From contig CP075496.1 of the NCBI GenBank assembly GCA_021613535.1, positions 10,044,001 to 10,108,000 of the forward strand: a stretch of DNA of 64,000 nt, written 5' to 3'. The position numbers and the translations under genes were made by a program. The notes beneath the pieces are model-generated. The model saw only the letters and a list, made by a program, of their open reading frames with translations. It was not told where the DNA came from and searched no databases. Source of the stretch: Adineta vaga. Taxonomy: Eukaryota; Animalia; Rotifera. Position 1 is the stretch's first letter, and each line of letters opens with the position of its first letter. Shown piece by piece: positions 51,094 to 64,000 of this stretch.

Positions 51094-53076
51094 ATGGACA
51101 GCAGACAAACCTTATCCATATTTGCTCAGGGAGCTAATGTCCACAGACCGAGCCATATTAGTAGTACAATGACATCAATGAATGATGATCATGATTTAGA
51201 AATCAATGGATTCAATGATCTTGCCGACAACGATTTACAACAACGACGTCGTTCAAGTCGAGTAAGTGTTGTCATTTGATAAGAAAACAATCATAGATCT
51301 CATCATTGCATTTATTTTCAGCTGAATTCTCTTCGTTTCCTACCGGATAATATTCTATTATCCATCTTTTCCTACTTAACACCATTGGATCTTGTTCGAT
51401 GTACAAGTGTATGTCATCGATGGCATCATTTAGTTTCACATCATTCACATTTATGGCGACGTCTTTTCTTACGACCCGATTCAACTAATGGTTATACGGG
51501 TGCTGTTCATGTTCGTCGTCTAGATGTATTTATTCATGCAATTGCTACACGTTTTAATTCATCACTACTCTATATTGATTTACCGATTGAATTAATTACT
51601 ACTGAAGTTTTACGTGAATTAGCAATTCGTTGTCCAAATTTAGAATATTTAACATTAGATTTTTCATCAGCAATGCAATTACATGATTTTAGTGATTTAA
51701 ATGAATTTCCATGTAATCTCAAACGATTATGTATTTGTCTATCAGAAGTTATCTTTCTCGAAGGTTTTATGCGACGAATATATTCATTTCTCTCATCATT
51801 ACATACATTACATATCGTTGGTACACTGGAAAAATCTTCATTAACATCAACATCAACACCTGAAGAAACAGATAACTATGAAACAATTAATATTAGTAAA
51901 ATCAAAGGAAGTGCACCGAATTTACGTATTATTAATTTATATGGTGTTGCTTTTGTTGATGATAATCATATTGAAGCAATTGCATCAGGATGTATACATC
52001 TTGAATGTCTTGCTTTAAATTTTTGCATAAAAGTAACTGGAACAAGTTTTAAGAATTTAATGAATCGATGTCGAAAATTGACATGTTTATTATTACAAAA
52101 TACGGGTAAATATCATTTCATAAAAAAAGATTTGATCAAGATAATTAAATCATCTTGATGAATAATCATAGGCATTCAAGATGAACCTATAATGGCTGTC
52201 AATTGGGCAACGACACAACTTTCAGAATTAGATATATCATCAACTGATCTCACCGAACAAGCACTTCTACATTTCTTTTCATTAGTACCAAATTTAACCT
52301 ATTTAGCTGTTCCTTATTGTGATGGTTTTACTGATGAAGTAGGATGAAATAGTTCATTTTTGTAAAATATTTTCTCAATCATTTTTAGGTTTTAAATTTA
52401 TTAATAACTCGTGGTGTATTGAATACATGTCGTGCATTTGATTTAAGTAATACAGTTAATTTAAATCTTGAAACTGTTCATCAATTCTTAACATCCTTTA
52501 CGAATGTGTCACATCGATTAGAAGCTCTAAGTTATACAGGAAATGTTGGTATTAATGAACAATTTTGGACTGATGCTATTCGATTTCTTCATCGAATTAA
52601 GTAGGAAATTTCGTTTCGAAACAAATTTGTAAATGGTTTCTTTTGTTAATTTTTCATTGAAAGAATATTAGTCATCGGTACATCACATAGTTGGTTTAAA
52701 CAAGTTACACGTCGTATTCATATTGATCAAATATTAGAATCATGCGCAGTAAATTGTCCACAATTACGACGTCTTGAAATTCAATGGGATCCTGAAACTT
52801 TGCGATTAAGTGAAAACTCCTCGAAATTTATTGATCATCTTCGGTAAACATTTTCTACATTATTAAAATCTTCAAGGAGATTTTTGTTTTGTTTTAAATT
52901 GTAGAATACGTTGTTCATCATTGTCGTCATTTGTTCTTTCCGATGGACCATATTATGAAGGTGCTAAAGCTAATTTTGAACGAGCTGAACGCTGTGGTGT
53001 CGTACGAACGACAACGATGTATCAAACAAGTATTATTAGTGCCCTTAGTTATTATAATGAATTAAAATTTAATTAG
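51094..53076 (+). CDS. Conserved invertebrate-type F-box/LRR (FBXL) protein, multi-exon
   Basis: F-box SFPTG..FSIIHL..FSYL...DLVRC..VCHRW....LWR; LRRs RCPNLEYLTLDF and CIHLECLALNFC.KVTG; terminal exon ends YYNELKFN. Confidence 0.88.
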
Positions 53077-53245
53077 GAAAAAAGAGAAAGATTCATTTAA
53101 ATAAAATATCATCGATGAGTCATATTTATATTTTGATTGCTTGAAAAAAACAAAGATTCAGATGTGTGTATGTTTATGTTTTTCTTGCCACGTTTCACAG
53201 TCAATACTATGAAGGAGAACATAACACATAACAGTTTTTCTTTCT

Positions 53246-54358
53246 ATGACTGGACTTGCAAAATCATCATGTAACAACATTCAAATGGGTATGAAAAATT
53301 CTAAACAGAGAAACGATTCTGTATATAATAATCGAACTATTTTGGAAGATTTAAGTAATGAACTTATTTATGAAGTATTCGATTATCTTTCATTTCGTGA
53401 TATTTTCATTGCTTTCGGAAAAGTGAATGGTCGTTTGAAAAATCTTATTGATAATTATTCACATTATTTAAATCTTCAACAGCATACATCGAATGATATT
53501 CAAATTTTTCCTCGATCGATACGTTCACTTAAAATCAATGCACGTTATCAATATTCTTTTATTGATTTTACACAACTTAATTCACTTCATCATTTATTAT
53601 TATCAAACCTATCACCAACACGTTTATTGCACATATTCAATACGATTTCTTTACAAGAACTTCAATATGTATATCTAGGTGTCTGTGAATTTAATGATAG
53701 ATCGGAGGAGAATCAGCTTAAAGAAGTTCAACAAAAAATTCTTGCATTAGGCCAATCGAATTTACAGAAATGTATATTTCGAATGTCATTACGTATAGAT
53801 ATTGATACATTACCAGTAAAATTAATATTTTTAAAATATTTACGAATTGATGGTTGCGAAAATCTTTCATTTGTCAATCAACTTCTTGATCGAATGCCAA
53901 ATTTATTATCGCTCTATGTATCCGGTCTAAAATCATTTAAAATAGATGAAAAATATACTGATCAATATAGGCATTCTTCGCTTTGTAATCTTAATCTTCG
54001 AGTGCAAGATTTTCTATCAAAAGATGAACTCATACCATTCCTAAAACAACATTGTCCAAATTTGGAAAATCTTATCATTCAATTTAGTTCTATTAATGTG
54101 GATAATTCTAATCAACGAGTATCTAGTTTATGTAATACTGATCTACATCAGTGGTTAGCAATAGAAATTTATCCATTAATGCCTAATCTAACAAATTTTC
54201 ATGTACGTCAACGTGTTATTTCACAAAATTACAAATCTCTCCAACAAATATATTATACTTCACCTTACATCGAGGATGTTCCATATCCGTTCGAGGATAA
54301 ATCTTGTCGAGTGACGATTGCTTCACATTTAGCCGATATATGGATAAAGAAAACTTAG
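53246..54358 (+). CDS. Lineage-expanded F-box + divergent LRR protein, intronless
   Basis: LEDLSNELIYEVFDYLS..DIF.AF..VN.R..NLI; LLDRMPNL.SL, CPNLENL. Confidence 0.88.
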   Translation: MTGLAKSSCNNIQMGMKNSKQRNDSVYNNRTILEDLSNELIYEVFDYLSFRDIFIAFGKVNGRLKNLIDNYSHYLNLQQHTSNDIQIFPRSIRSLKINARYQYSFIDFTQLNSLHHLLLSNLSPTRLLHIFNTISLQELQYVYLGVCEFNDRSEENQLKEVQQKILALGQSNLQKCIFRMSLRIDIDTLPVKLIFLKYLRIDGCENLSFVNQLLDRMPNLLSLYVSGLKSFKIDEKYTDQYRHSSLCNLNLRVQDFLSKDELIPFLKQHCPNLENLIIQFSSINVDNSNQRVSSLCNTDLHQWLAIEIYPLMPNLTNFHVRQRVISQNYKSLQQIYYTSPYIEDVPYPFEDKSCRVTIASHLADIWIKKT

Positions 54359-56218
54359 ATGAAGAATAATCAAATTTATAATTGTGCGTTTCCAATAATT
54401 CATTTTAAAGATTTCCTGTCGCGTAAATCACTATGAAAGAAAATCTTTTGTCATTTATGAATCAATAAATATCACAAATAGTTTCATTTATTTACATAAT
54501 CAACTGAGCAACAAAATAAATTACATTTGTTGTTTTATTGACAATTGATAAATGATCATTTCTTTTCTATAATAATCGATTCTGTATCAATAGTGAAAAG
54601 ATTAATTGCATTTTGTTTTTTGCACTCATAGCGAACTGTAATACTGTAATACTTCGAATCTAACAAAGAAATTCATCAGATTCTGATTAGTCAACGTTGA
54701 ATATGAATATAACTTTACGTGAAATATTCGAAACTATAGTTGTTTTCTTCATTGGTATAACAGAAATATGTCACGAACTGATAGATTATTGTCCTATGAG
54801 ACTAATTTTCTTTGCAATTAATTACAAAACATTTGAAGATATTATTTTCGTTCGATCTGTTTGTATTTATCAGATAATTATTTCTTTACATTGGACTATC
54901 ATAAACTAATGTTGTTTACGTCAATAAAAACAAAAATAAAGAGAAAACAGATGTCATTGTTCTTTCCAATGATATGATTATATCATTCTCTCATTCATTG
55001 AAATGAGAATATGGTTGACAAAGAAATCATCAATACAATCAATCAAAGTAAGTAGAGTACTATCAATATTTTACACATTATGAATTCATAGAAGAAATGC
55101 TTTGTTTGTTCGTTATGATCGAACTATAATCATTCATCATGTCAAAGTCAAGTAAAACATCAATTAGATAAGTTTAATAATAATGTCGAACACAACTGAG
55201 TTGTCAAAAGTACATAGTCCCTATTCCTTCAAATTTCATGACATTTCTAGTCAAAATTACTGGATTAGATTATTGTTTATTTTGACAAGTCAACATGTCG
55301 AAAAAACTTCAGAGTTCCTGTTAGTTGACTTATTATATATAGATTTCTGTTCTTTCTACCCGACGATACCTACTAGCGAGTAGTCATTTATATCCAATGA
55401 TAATTAATGATGAAAACAGCGTGTAAGAATGTAATACATAAACTCATTAATCGTACAATTCTAGGTAAACATCAGTCATATATATATATATATAAAGAAT
55501 GCATGAGGTGTTTATATATTTATCCTTATGAATATAATCACATGTAAGAAATACGATTAACATTTGTACTAGAAGATGTTCTTAACTATAACTGTGATGG
55601 AAAACGTTTCAGCTTGAATCAGACAGATTATAGTATGATGTTATTTTTTGACGTGATAAGATTCTTTCGTTCAACAGAAAACAGTATCACGATTGTCAAA
55701 TGTCATGTCAACTGTCTTTTCTCTTCCAAGGAAATTAATTGAGACAATAAGAATCAACTATTGCTTCTCATATTGATAGTGTCTAATAAAAAAATACTTT
55801 TTTTTAAAGAAAAGACATCTATATAAAAAATATCAGCCGCGTAAATTGAGAACAAATCATTTGATATGTATATGAAATAAATACTTCTATTCTAAAGCAA
55901 AAGATTTTCTTATTCAAAGAAAACTGAGAAAGAAAGATTAGTATTGAAAGGATAATTAATAAATGGAAGAGATATATTTTATATGAAAGAATAACTAACA
56001 AGAACAAGAATGATTTTTCCCTCGAATCAATGCTAAGCGAGAGTTCTATGACGAAGAAAAAGAAGAAAAAAAAAACTTTTTATGTCTGTCAGTTTTCTAC
56101 GACATTCAATGTTGTTTGCTCTTTCTTTTTCTCATTTTCTAGTAGATATCTTATTTCCAATTTCTTTTAACACCTGTCACGCTTTCCATTATATTCTTTA
56201 CTGAAAGAATTTAGCAAT

Positions 56219-57840
56219 ATGAATACATCAACAGATTCGTCATTTTTCTTACCTGCATTATTACCAGGAACACTTATGGATTATAATTTTGAAAAAGATA
56301 TCGGAAAGAATATCACTGATATTTCGATTTCAACAGATTATCCATCTTTTTATCGAATTGTTATTCGTTTGTTAAGTTTCTATGCACTAATACTTGTTGT
56401 TATTGGTACATTAGGAAATCTTCTAACTATAATTATTCTTTGTCGAAGAAATTTAAGACGTTTTGTTACAATGAGATATTTAATTGCTGTTAGTGTATGT
56501 GATATTATCTCATTATATGGATGGAATTTAAATAATTTTTATAAATTTACGATTAGTTCAAATTATAAGAATTTAGAAGAAAAATCTCTTGTACATTGTC
56601 GAGTAATGTCTTATTTAACATTTGTTGGTTTACAATTATCAAGTTGGTGTTTAACAGCTGTTAGTTTAGGTAATTTTTATTATACATAATATTGCTTATA
56701 GAATATACATCCAATAATTCTATCATTAAAAGTAGGAAAAATAATTTGGCTAATTATAATTCAATAAGAATACTTTTATAGAAAGAGAAAAAAAAAGACG
56801 TCTCAGGAAGTATAAATTGAAGACATATAGAATCTTCTCACGTCTTAAATAATTCATTCATTATAGTCTTGCCCTTGCTTTGCATAATATCATATAAGAC
56901 ATGATTAATTCTTCATTTCATTCAGAATGAAATCTTAATTAAAACTATATCGAATGAAAAACAAAAATTGTTTTTTTGTTTGTTTACAGATCGTTGTTTG
57001 AGTCTTTATTTTCTAACATGGAAACATAAATATGGTAAATTATCACGAGCAAAATATCATATTGCAATTTTAACCGTGATTTGTTTACTTTTAAATTCAC
57101 ATATCTTATTTTTCAATGGTTATCGTACCGATCCACCCGATAATTCTATTCGATGTTATCGAACGCGTACGAATATTTTCTATATCTATCCTGAATGGGA
57201 ACGCGTTCACTTAGCTGTATATAATCTTTGTCCTTTCATGATTATGTTATCTTGTAATACATATATTATACATGTAACGATCCGTTCAGCACGTATTCGT
57301 ACAATAAAACGTAAGACAAATGCATCGGGAAAGAGTATATCATCAAGTTCTACTCGTCATCGACAATTATCTATCATGTTAATGATAGTTACGTTTGCAT
57401 TTGTAATTTTAACATTACCATCGTGTATTTATTTTGTTTTCTTTCGTCATCGAATGCCAAAAACAAATGATGTTCGTATTTTTCGTCATTTGGTACAAAT
57501 ATGTCTTGGTAGTGTACAATTTACGTCGCATGCAATAAATTTCTTCTTATATTGTTTTTCGGCAACAAATTTTCGTGAAGAATTACGTGATTTTCTACGT
57601 GAATTATGTTTACGTCGTTCATTCATATCCAAATTTCGACAATCGAAAACAACATCAATCAGATTGACAACAATAAATAGATCTAAACGAACAAAACAAC
57701 AATTGAATTCAAAATCAATATCAGATAATTCCCATATAGAACGTAATCATATTATAAAATCACCAGACATTCAAAAAGCATTAATAAAAATCGATTTGAA
57801 AGATGTCTACATTCGTGATATTGAAAGTACTTCAAATTGA
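56219..57840 (+). CDS. Rhodopsin-like (peptide-receptor-like) GPCR, one intron 56670-56989
   Basis: GTLGNLL, YL.A.SV.D, SSW.LTAVSL|DRC, LTLP, HAINFFLYC....FR. Confidence 0.92.
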
Positions 57841-58506
57841 ACGCTTCAATCTTGTATATAAATAATAAATTATCAAAATTTGTTTTATGTGGTTTGTGAA
57901 TAAAAGAAATTTGAGGCGATTGTCTCAGTGTGTAATTAACACGTATGTGACAATAAATATTTATTAGTATGGTATCAAACGTGATAATTATATTATTTTT
58001 ATTGGGACAAATAGATCGATGTTAGTGATTATAGTAATAGAGATAATTCTTTTTATTCTTAAACATAGGAATAGAATGATCAATTTCTCGAAACAATAGA
58101 CTACTGCTGACTTGAATTGATGTTTTCGTGAGAAGATATTTATATACTGGTCCACGTATATTTTATTATTCAAATAACACCATGTCAGACATAATAAATT
58201 GGTGAAAATAAAAAAGAAAGAACAGAGGAACGAGATAAAATATCAAAAGAAACAAAAAAATTATGCTTTTTTTGAAATTTGCATTTTAGAAATGTTAGAT
58301 AAACTCGACAAAAACATGAGAAAATAGTTGTTTCTAATAGGAATACTTATCAGTTTTTCGTTCGAAATTCTCTTGGAAGTTAACAACTACTATTCAAACT
58401 GATAAGTTAAATATACGAAGACCAAATTATTCGATGAGAGAAAGGAGAACGAGAAAAAATCACACTTCTATTGACCTTCGTTGAAGAGGAGAATAAGAGC
58501 AAAGAT

Positions 58507-60592
58507 CTAAGTACGAGGCATAGTGATCAAATGATTATAATTGATGTAGATTGTACCTGTGTGCTCTTCATCATTCGCTATTGTACTTAGACTATAAAGG
58601 ATGGACGGATCTAAATAAAATAAGCATTTTTAAATCTTTTTTTCATACGATAATATCGAGTTTATACCCATTTTTTCACTGATAAAATCAATGACAGCTT
58701 TGACAAAAATTGTATCCTTGTGAACATATTGATCGTAATTTTTTTCAAGTAAGCTAAGTGGAAAAAACTTTCCAATACCAAAAGCCAGATGCATGTTCGT
58801 TCTTGGACGTTCAAAGCAAGTTGATGACACATCAGGCCAAAACGAATTCGATAAATCATCATGTGATGGTGATTGATTTATTAAAGAAAATATAACTCTA
58901 TATTTAAATGGCCAATGAAGAATAGCATCATATGCATTACGCATAATCACTAAATATAATGATATGTGTGTATCACGTGAATATTCATCACCATTTAAAT
59001 ATAATCGTAAACACATTTTATAACCAGTTGGAGACGAATAGAATGGCGGTGAGTCTATTGATCTTTGGCGATCTGTTTTTGCATCCACTACAAATAAATG
59101 GCAAATAGTTCAATTGAAACTCAAATATTTCTCCACATACTTAACTTTTCTTGAAAGTCACTTATTTTCCAAATAAACGAACCATCAAAAGAAATGGGAT
59201 GTTTATCTGCTATTTGTTCTTTGACAAATAGTATTTCCTGAGTCAATAGGTTTTGAGTATCGATAATTGTCATAATGGCATTATTGTTTATCTGGATTGA
59301 TGCCATGAGTGAAGATGCTTGTTCATGGATAGCTTCAATACAATTCTGTAAATGAATGCATTCTTGTTGAAGTTGTTCTAGATTCTGTTGCACAAGATTG
59401 GCATGAGTATTTAAAATAAAAATTGTATTAACAAGTACGCGTATATCTAAGCTACGATTGCCTAAGGCTCGACTTGAATCTAATAAAGAATGATTCAATG
59501 AACGAATTGCGTTAAGATTCGGTTGACTGTAACCGTTCTGACTAGTCTAAAATCATATAATCATCATTTTGCAACTAAAATCATCAGTGAATATTTTCTT
59601 ACTGTGGCATTAAAGATGCAAAAGTGTCTGTCACCGGAATGATTTTGACTCATATGATTCTAAACAATCGAACTATTATTCAATAAAGTAGATAATTAAA
59701 ACGACGTACTTGATAGAGATTCAATGATCCTGTCCATTTACAAATTGAACAAGTTTTTAAGACTTGTCTCATCTCATTTAACAAATATCGATCTAATCGA
59801 ACCTAAATAAAAACATAATCTACTTCAAACATGAATCTCTGATAAACATACTTGATCTTTGGATATGACTGTTGAGCATGTTGCACAACTAAAAACAAAA
59901 AAATTAATGAAATTTTATGTTTCAAAAAAAAAATAACTAGCTAACATACGTGTTTAGAGCATTTATACAAGATTTACATTGCCAATGACTACAAGCAAGT
60001 TGATATGGCTCATGAAAAGCTAATTTACAACATGGGCATTTAAAACGTTGATCAAATACTTCAATATCTTGCTCTTCAACTCTGTGTTCAGATGCGGAAG
60101 CGGCGCTTTTATCCATTGTTACATGACGATCAGAAGTATCAGATTGTTTAGCAATAATACGTTGCATAGCGTTAGTTGAGATACTATTCACTGCCTCTCG
60201 ATCAATCGATTGTGAAGAATTAACAGCTAATCCCATTTGAGCATTTGTTAATTCTTTTTCCAAATTTCTTTCGAGCCGAAATTGTAATTTCTCAGCTTCT
60301 GAAGAATGACGACCTTTAGTTCGAATCAAGTCATTTGAATTTTGATAATATACATAAATGCGTCGAACTTGAATTAAACTGTATATCGGACTTTTTAAGA
60401 TTTCATTAAGAAATTCTGCAGGTATATGGATATCAAATGCATCTGTTTTGCTAATATTATTGAACACATAATTTATTAATTCAATAAATTGCATACAGTA
60501 ATTACATTTGTTATTAAAATTAGTTTCTTTTTCAAATTTGGCCACAATAAAAGAACTTTTTTTGTTTCACAATCACTACTTGCTGAGGCCAT
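58507..60592 (-). CDS. TRAF-family protein (divergent N-terminal domain + RING + Zn finger + coiled coil + MATH); possible 1-nt frameshift near the 5' end
   Basis: FKCPCC....EPYQLACSH.QC.SC; DGSFIWKISDF; SPPFYSSPTGYKMCLRLYLNGD...THISLY..MR..YDAIL.WPF; FGIGKF. The ATG at 60592 is out of frame with the ORF below 60545; the first in-frame ATG is at 60494. Confidence 0.85.
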
Positions 60593-61350
60593 GGTTGATA
60601 ATTTAATACGTAATCTGCCTCAAACGTATAGATAATATAAAATAAAACTATATTATAATCTTTAATTAAAAAAATTGAAATCTAGAATAAAACTAAACCC
60701 GATATATTGTAATCAAGTTGCTACAATAATTTGAAATATTGAATTAAATTACATAAAAACTAATGAATATAAAGATTCCATTTTATGATAGAATGCTAAA
60801 TAATATTTAAGAAAGAAGTACATTAAAAGTGTCTGTAATTGAACATCTATTTCGATCTACAAAGATAATACGTTCAAAATATGAAAAAGCACATCATAAA
60901 CAAGTAGAGCAAACTAGTGTGTGCATAAAATAAACACTAATTAATCAACAATCTTCGATTTTCATACAAACAAAATGTTCAAGCAAGTGAATGCCAGAAA
61001 CTCAGTGCAATTTGGTTAAACTGTATACTATGATATGTCAATTTATCTATATCAATGAACTATTTGTTACTATTGATCTTTCTTATGAAAAATAACGTGG
61101 TAGAGACTCAACAATAGAATAGGATATTACTATGTGCACACATGTGATAATGGATAAAAAATGTAAGGATAATATTTTTGAAGAATAATAGCTTCACAAA
61201 AGCTGAACACACAAAGCGAAAAAAAATCTCTCTGAACAAGACTTTAAAATCAATTTTTTATCTCTTTGAAAAAAGATAAAATAAAACTAATAATCAGTCT
61301 TTTATAATATAGTTTCATCCATATTTATTAACTCTCATATTTACATGTTG

Positions 61351-62064
61351 CTAAAGTGTTCTAGCAAATACGCAAAGTCGAAGAGCACGATTATAATGTC
61401 GTTGAGCGTCTAATTCATTATTTTCATTTTCTCTCTTCTGATCACCTAATTCTTCTGAAAAGAGTACAAGATCAATAGATACCTTCATCAACAATCTTGT
61501 ATCATCAGCAAATACACCATCGATTTTTACATACGATCTAGCTAAACGTTGCGTATGACTAATTCGTCTTTTCTACAACGAATTACGATGGAACGAACAT
61601 TTTTATGGGCATGACTACGAGAAACAGTTTCTTGAAGATTGTTCTTCATTTGAATTAGCAATGAAGCTAATATTACCGAAGAATTAACATTTAACCAATG
61701 CCATAATTGTTCTGCTGCAGAGAAAAATAATAAAGTTACATCTTCATCTGATAAATATTCGTGAAGAATCGTTTTTAATGACGAGGTTTCTTCACCCAAC
61801 CATATTGCTACTATACTACCAGGCTGCACTAGAATCAAATAATAAAATAACTAAGATTATCTTGTAAACTTTTAGATCGATGACAAAAATGAACTTTCTC
61901 ATTTAAGTAAACTATAAGATCATACCATTACTAAGAATTACAGTAGATTCTTTTATTGGTTGGTTATCATTTTCGAGTGCTCTACTGCTTTCAGATGCTG
62001 GTCTTTGACAAGGATCAATCTGCAATAACTGAGTCTTTACTAATGATGCTATTACTGATGACAT
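61351..62064 (-). CDS. Uncharacterised protein with a receiver-like alpha/beta domain; 1-nt frameshift at ~61551
   Basis: Exon 1 MSSVIAS... splices into VQPGSIVAIWL..LLFF...VRSIVIRC; the sequence continues in another frame as QRLARSYVKIDGVFADD..AQRHYNRAL..*. Confidence 0.6.
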
Positions 62065-62468
62065 AAATTTTGATAATAAATGGATATTGTAAAAACAATG
62101 CAAACTGACTATTTATAAACAGAATTATCAAAATCTGAAATATACATATGCGATAGTACTCAGAACTAATACTTCGCCTGTAAATGCTTTAGTAAAAAAA
62201 AGAGTGCAAGAACAATGGCTTGGAAAAAACCCAGTTATGAGATCATATATAAACAAATTTAGAGTGAAAAAAACAGAACGAAACAACCAAGACAAGAGAA
62301 AATAATTCATATTTCATCTTTTTCATCTCTAAAGCAACGATAAAACGATTTCCATTCGACATTCCTATTAATATAAACTTCATACGATGTAAAGCAACTT
62401 ACCTCTAAGATGAAAAATACCAAATGATAGAACGAACGTCAGTATGGATAGACGTCAATACTGTGTGA

Positions 62469-62534
62469 GAAAATTCCAACCGCGATGGAAAATTCCTACC
62501 TTGATGGAAAATTTCAGCTGTGATGAAAATATTC
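62469..62534. promoter_or_regulatory. Three tandem 19-bp units each carrying GAAAATT(C/T)C (Rel/NF-kB- or NFAT5/TonE-like sites)
   Basis: GAAAATTCCAACCGCGATG / GAAAATTCCTACCTTGATG / GAAAATTTCAGCTGTGATG; ~400 bp upstream of the 62064 start; GACGTCA and ACGTCA immediately adjacent. Confidence 0.5.
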
Positions 62535-63399
62535 GAGTATCAAAAAGAGAACAGAAGAAACAATACTTCTTTTTTGTGTCAATCAAATATATATATATAT
62601 TCTATTCAACAAGGTGAATTTTCTAATTGCAGTACACTTGTTTTCTATCGATTCAATAACATTTAATATATAGTAACATAAAGATTTATTAGACAGATAT
62701 ATGATCATAAAAAAACCATAAAATGTACGACACAAAGGAAAACAAAACAACTACACATATATTAAAATATGTCTATTTGAAAAATATGACAGTCAAACAC
62801 TCTTAAACATTTAGGGATACTATTTTTTTAATAAGCAACGAATATATTGATATCGAAAGAGTTTGAAGTCACCGAGGAAAAAACTCACAACATACTCGTA
62901 CTCGCATAGAAAAAGAAAAGAAACTCGAACATTTGAGTAGAAAATGAACAAATCACTGTTGATGATCACTTAGATGAAAGATTTACAAAAAACTTTTTTA
63001 ATATCATTGATCAAAGAAAAAAACGAATCATTAAAATTTTAACAAATGTTTATTGCCACCCACCTCCCAATCCCAGAAGCAATAAATATGACGGATTATA
63101 GTTTTCTTTGATTGATATTGAGCAGGAATCATTCGGATGAAGAGACACAGATAATACTGATTTACTCGCATCTATTCAGAATTTACAGATGGAACATGAA
63201 AGATAATCGAACCTAGTTATACTAGAATAGTCAATAGATCTGAAGATATCTCGCATGTTGACATATTTCAAGTGTTCAGAAATTCTCCTTATTTGATCAA
63301 ATAGTTTTCAAATTGTCAGTATTTAAGAATAAGAAAGTATTCGAGAATAGTATTAGGTTTTACTGATCTAATTTTTGCAGTATTGAAAATCGATGATTA

Positions 63400-64000
63400 C
63401 TACGAACATATCATGCTGGAGATATCATCATCATTTTCATCAACATGCTGTTGATCTTTTGCTAATTCACCGATATCAACTAATAATGGTGTAACTAAAT
63501 AGAAAAAAGATAAGAAATCAATCTTTTTCGTCCTTTTAATAGAAAATTCTTACTTGGTTCAATAGTCGATATGTCAAAATGAACTTTAATCAACATTGTA
63601 TTATTTTGTATAAAACGACTTTGATTTATTCGGAATAAATCGAGAGGATAAAATCTCGGTATTCCATATGCGTCATTCATATCCGATTGTGGACGATTAA
63701 AACATAACAGATTTTTATTTGGCCAACAAGAATGAACAATATGACGTTCTTCGTTAGAAATCATGGATTGATCCATTAATGTGAATGTAACTTTAAATTT
63801 AAATGGCCATTGAAGAGCAAGCAAACTCGCCACGTCTAATCACATAAAATAAAGATATATGTGTATTTCTTCCTGTTGCATCTCCATTCATATACAATCT
63901 AAAGCCAATTTTATAACCTTTGGGATGAATATAGAATTCAGGAGAATAAATCGATTCCGGTTTTCCAGATATAGCATCTCCTATCGAAGAAATAATGAGA
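63400..64000 (-). CDS. 3' part of a second TRAF-family gene (MATH domain), frameshifted at ~63820; continues beyond the window
   Basis: SIYSPEFY.HP.GYK...RLYMNGD...RNTHISLF...RRGEF / LQWPFKFKVTFTL.DQ..F.RP.SDMN.AYGIPRF. Confidence 0.85.

Noticed and set aside
60593-61350. Joining the receiver-like gene to the downstream TRAF as one gene
   Set aside because: The upstream gene has its own stop at 61351 and the TRAF has its own ATG context; no convincing splice path was found.
62469-62534. CRISPR-like repeat-spacer appearance
   Set aside because: Units are only 19 bp with ~6-bp variable parts, the context is eukaryotic, and there are no cas genes.

Overview
AT-rich (~70% by eye), gene-dense eukaryotic genomic DNA with many short (mostly 50-80 nt) GT-AG introns and the standard genetic code. 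The gene content and a TGTGGG/TGAGGG telomere-type motif point to a bdelloid rotifer; this is an inference. About 30 protein genes or pseudogenes are supportable. Conserved genes: beta-tubulin, GH38 lysosomal alpha-mannosidase, a conserved F-box/LRR protein and a reeler-DOMON-b561 FRRS1-like protein. Lineage-expanded families: four orphan rhodopsin-like GPCRs, F-box/LRR genes, RING/TRAF genes and three tandem small membrane-protein paralogues. Main highlights: (1) an immune-like block at 2.2-13.3 kb with a NEURL4-type ADP-ribosyltransferase fused to Zn-ribbon repeats, a RING-TRAF-Zn E3, a coiled-coil-LRR protein and a 7-exon PDZ-PDZ-macro-PARP fusion; (2) Rel/NFAT-like GAAAATT(T/C)C motifs in that block, including an identical 14-mer in two upstream regions, and a tandem array of the motif in the TRAF cluster; (3) three candidate horizontally acquired genes: a bacterial-type GNAT with introns, a tandem YihD/DUF1040-like protein, and a ubiquitin lacking Gly-Gly fused to a bacterial/fungal KPxIxL..FWE..EWG domain; (4) a RING-TRAF-Zn-RRM fusion; (5) a gene-conversion-like tract between F-box paralogues; (6) several 1-2 nt frameshifts in ubiquitin/immune-type genes. 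No rRNA, tRNA, CRISPR array or intact transposon was recognised. All exon structures were assembled by hand, and family assignments rest on recalled motifs, not database searches.
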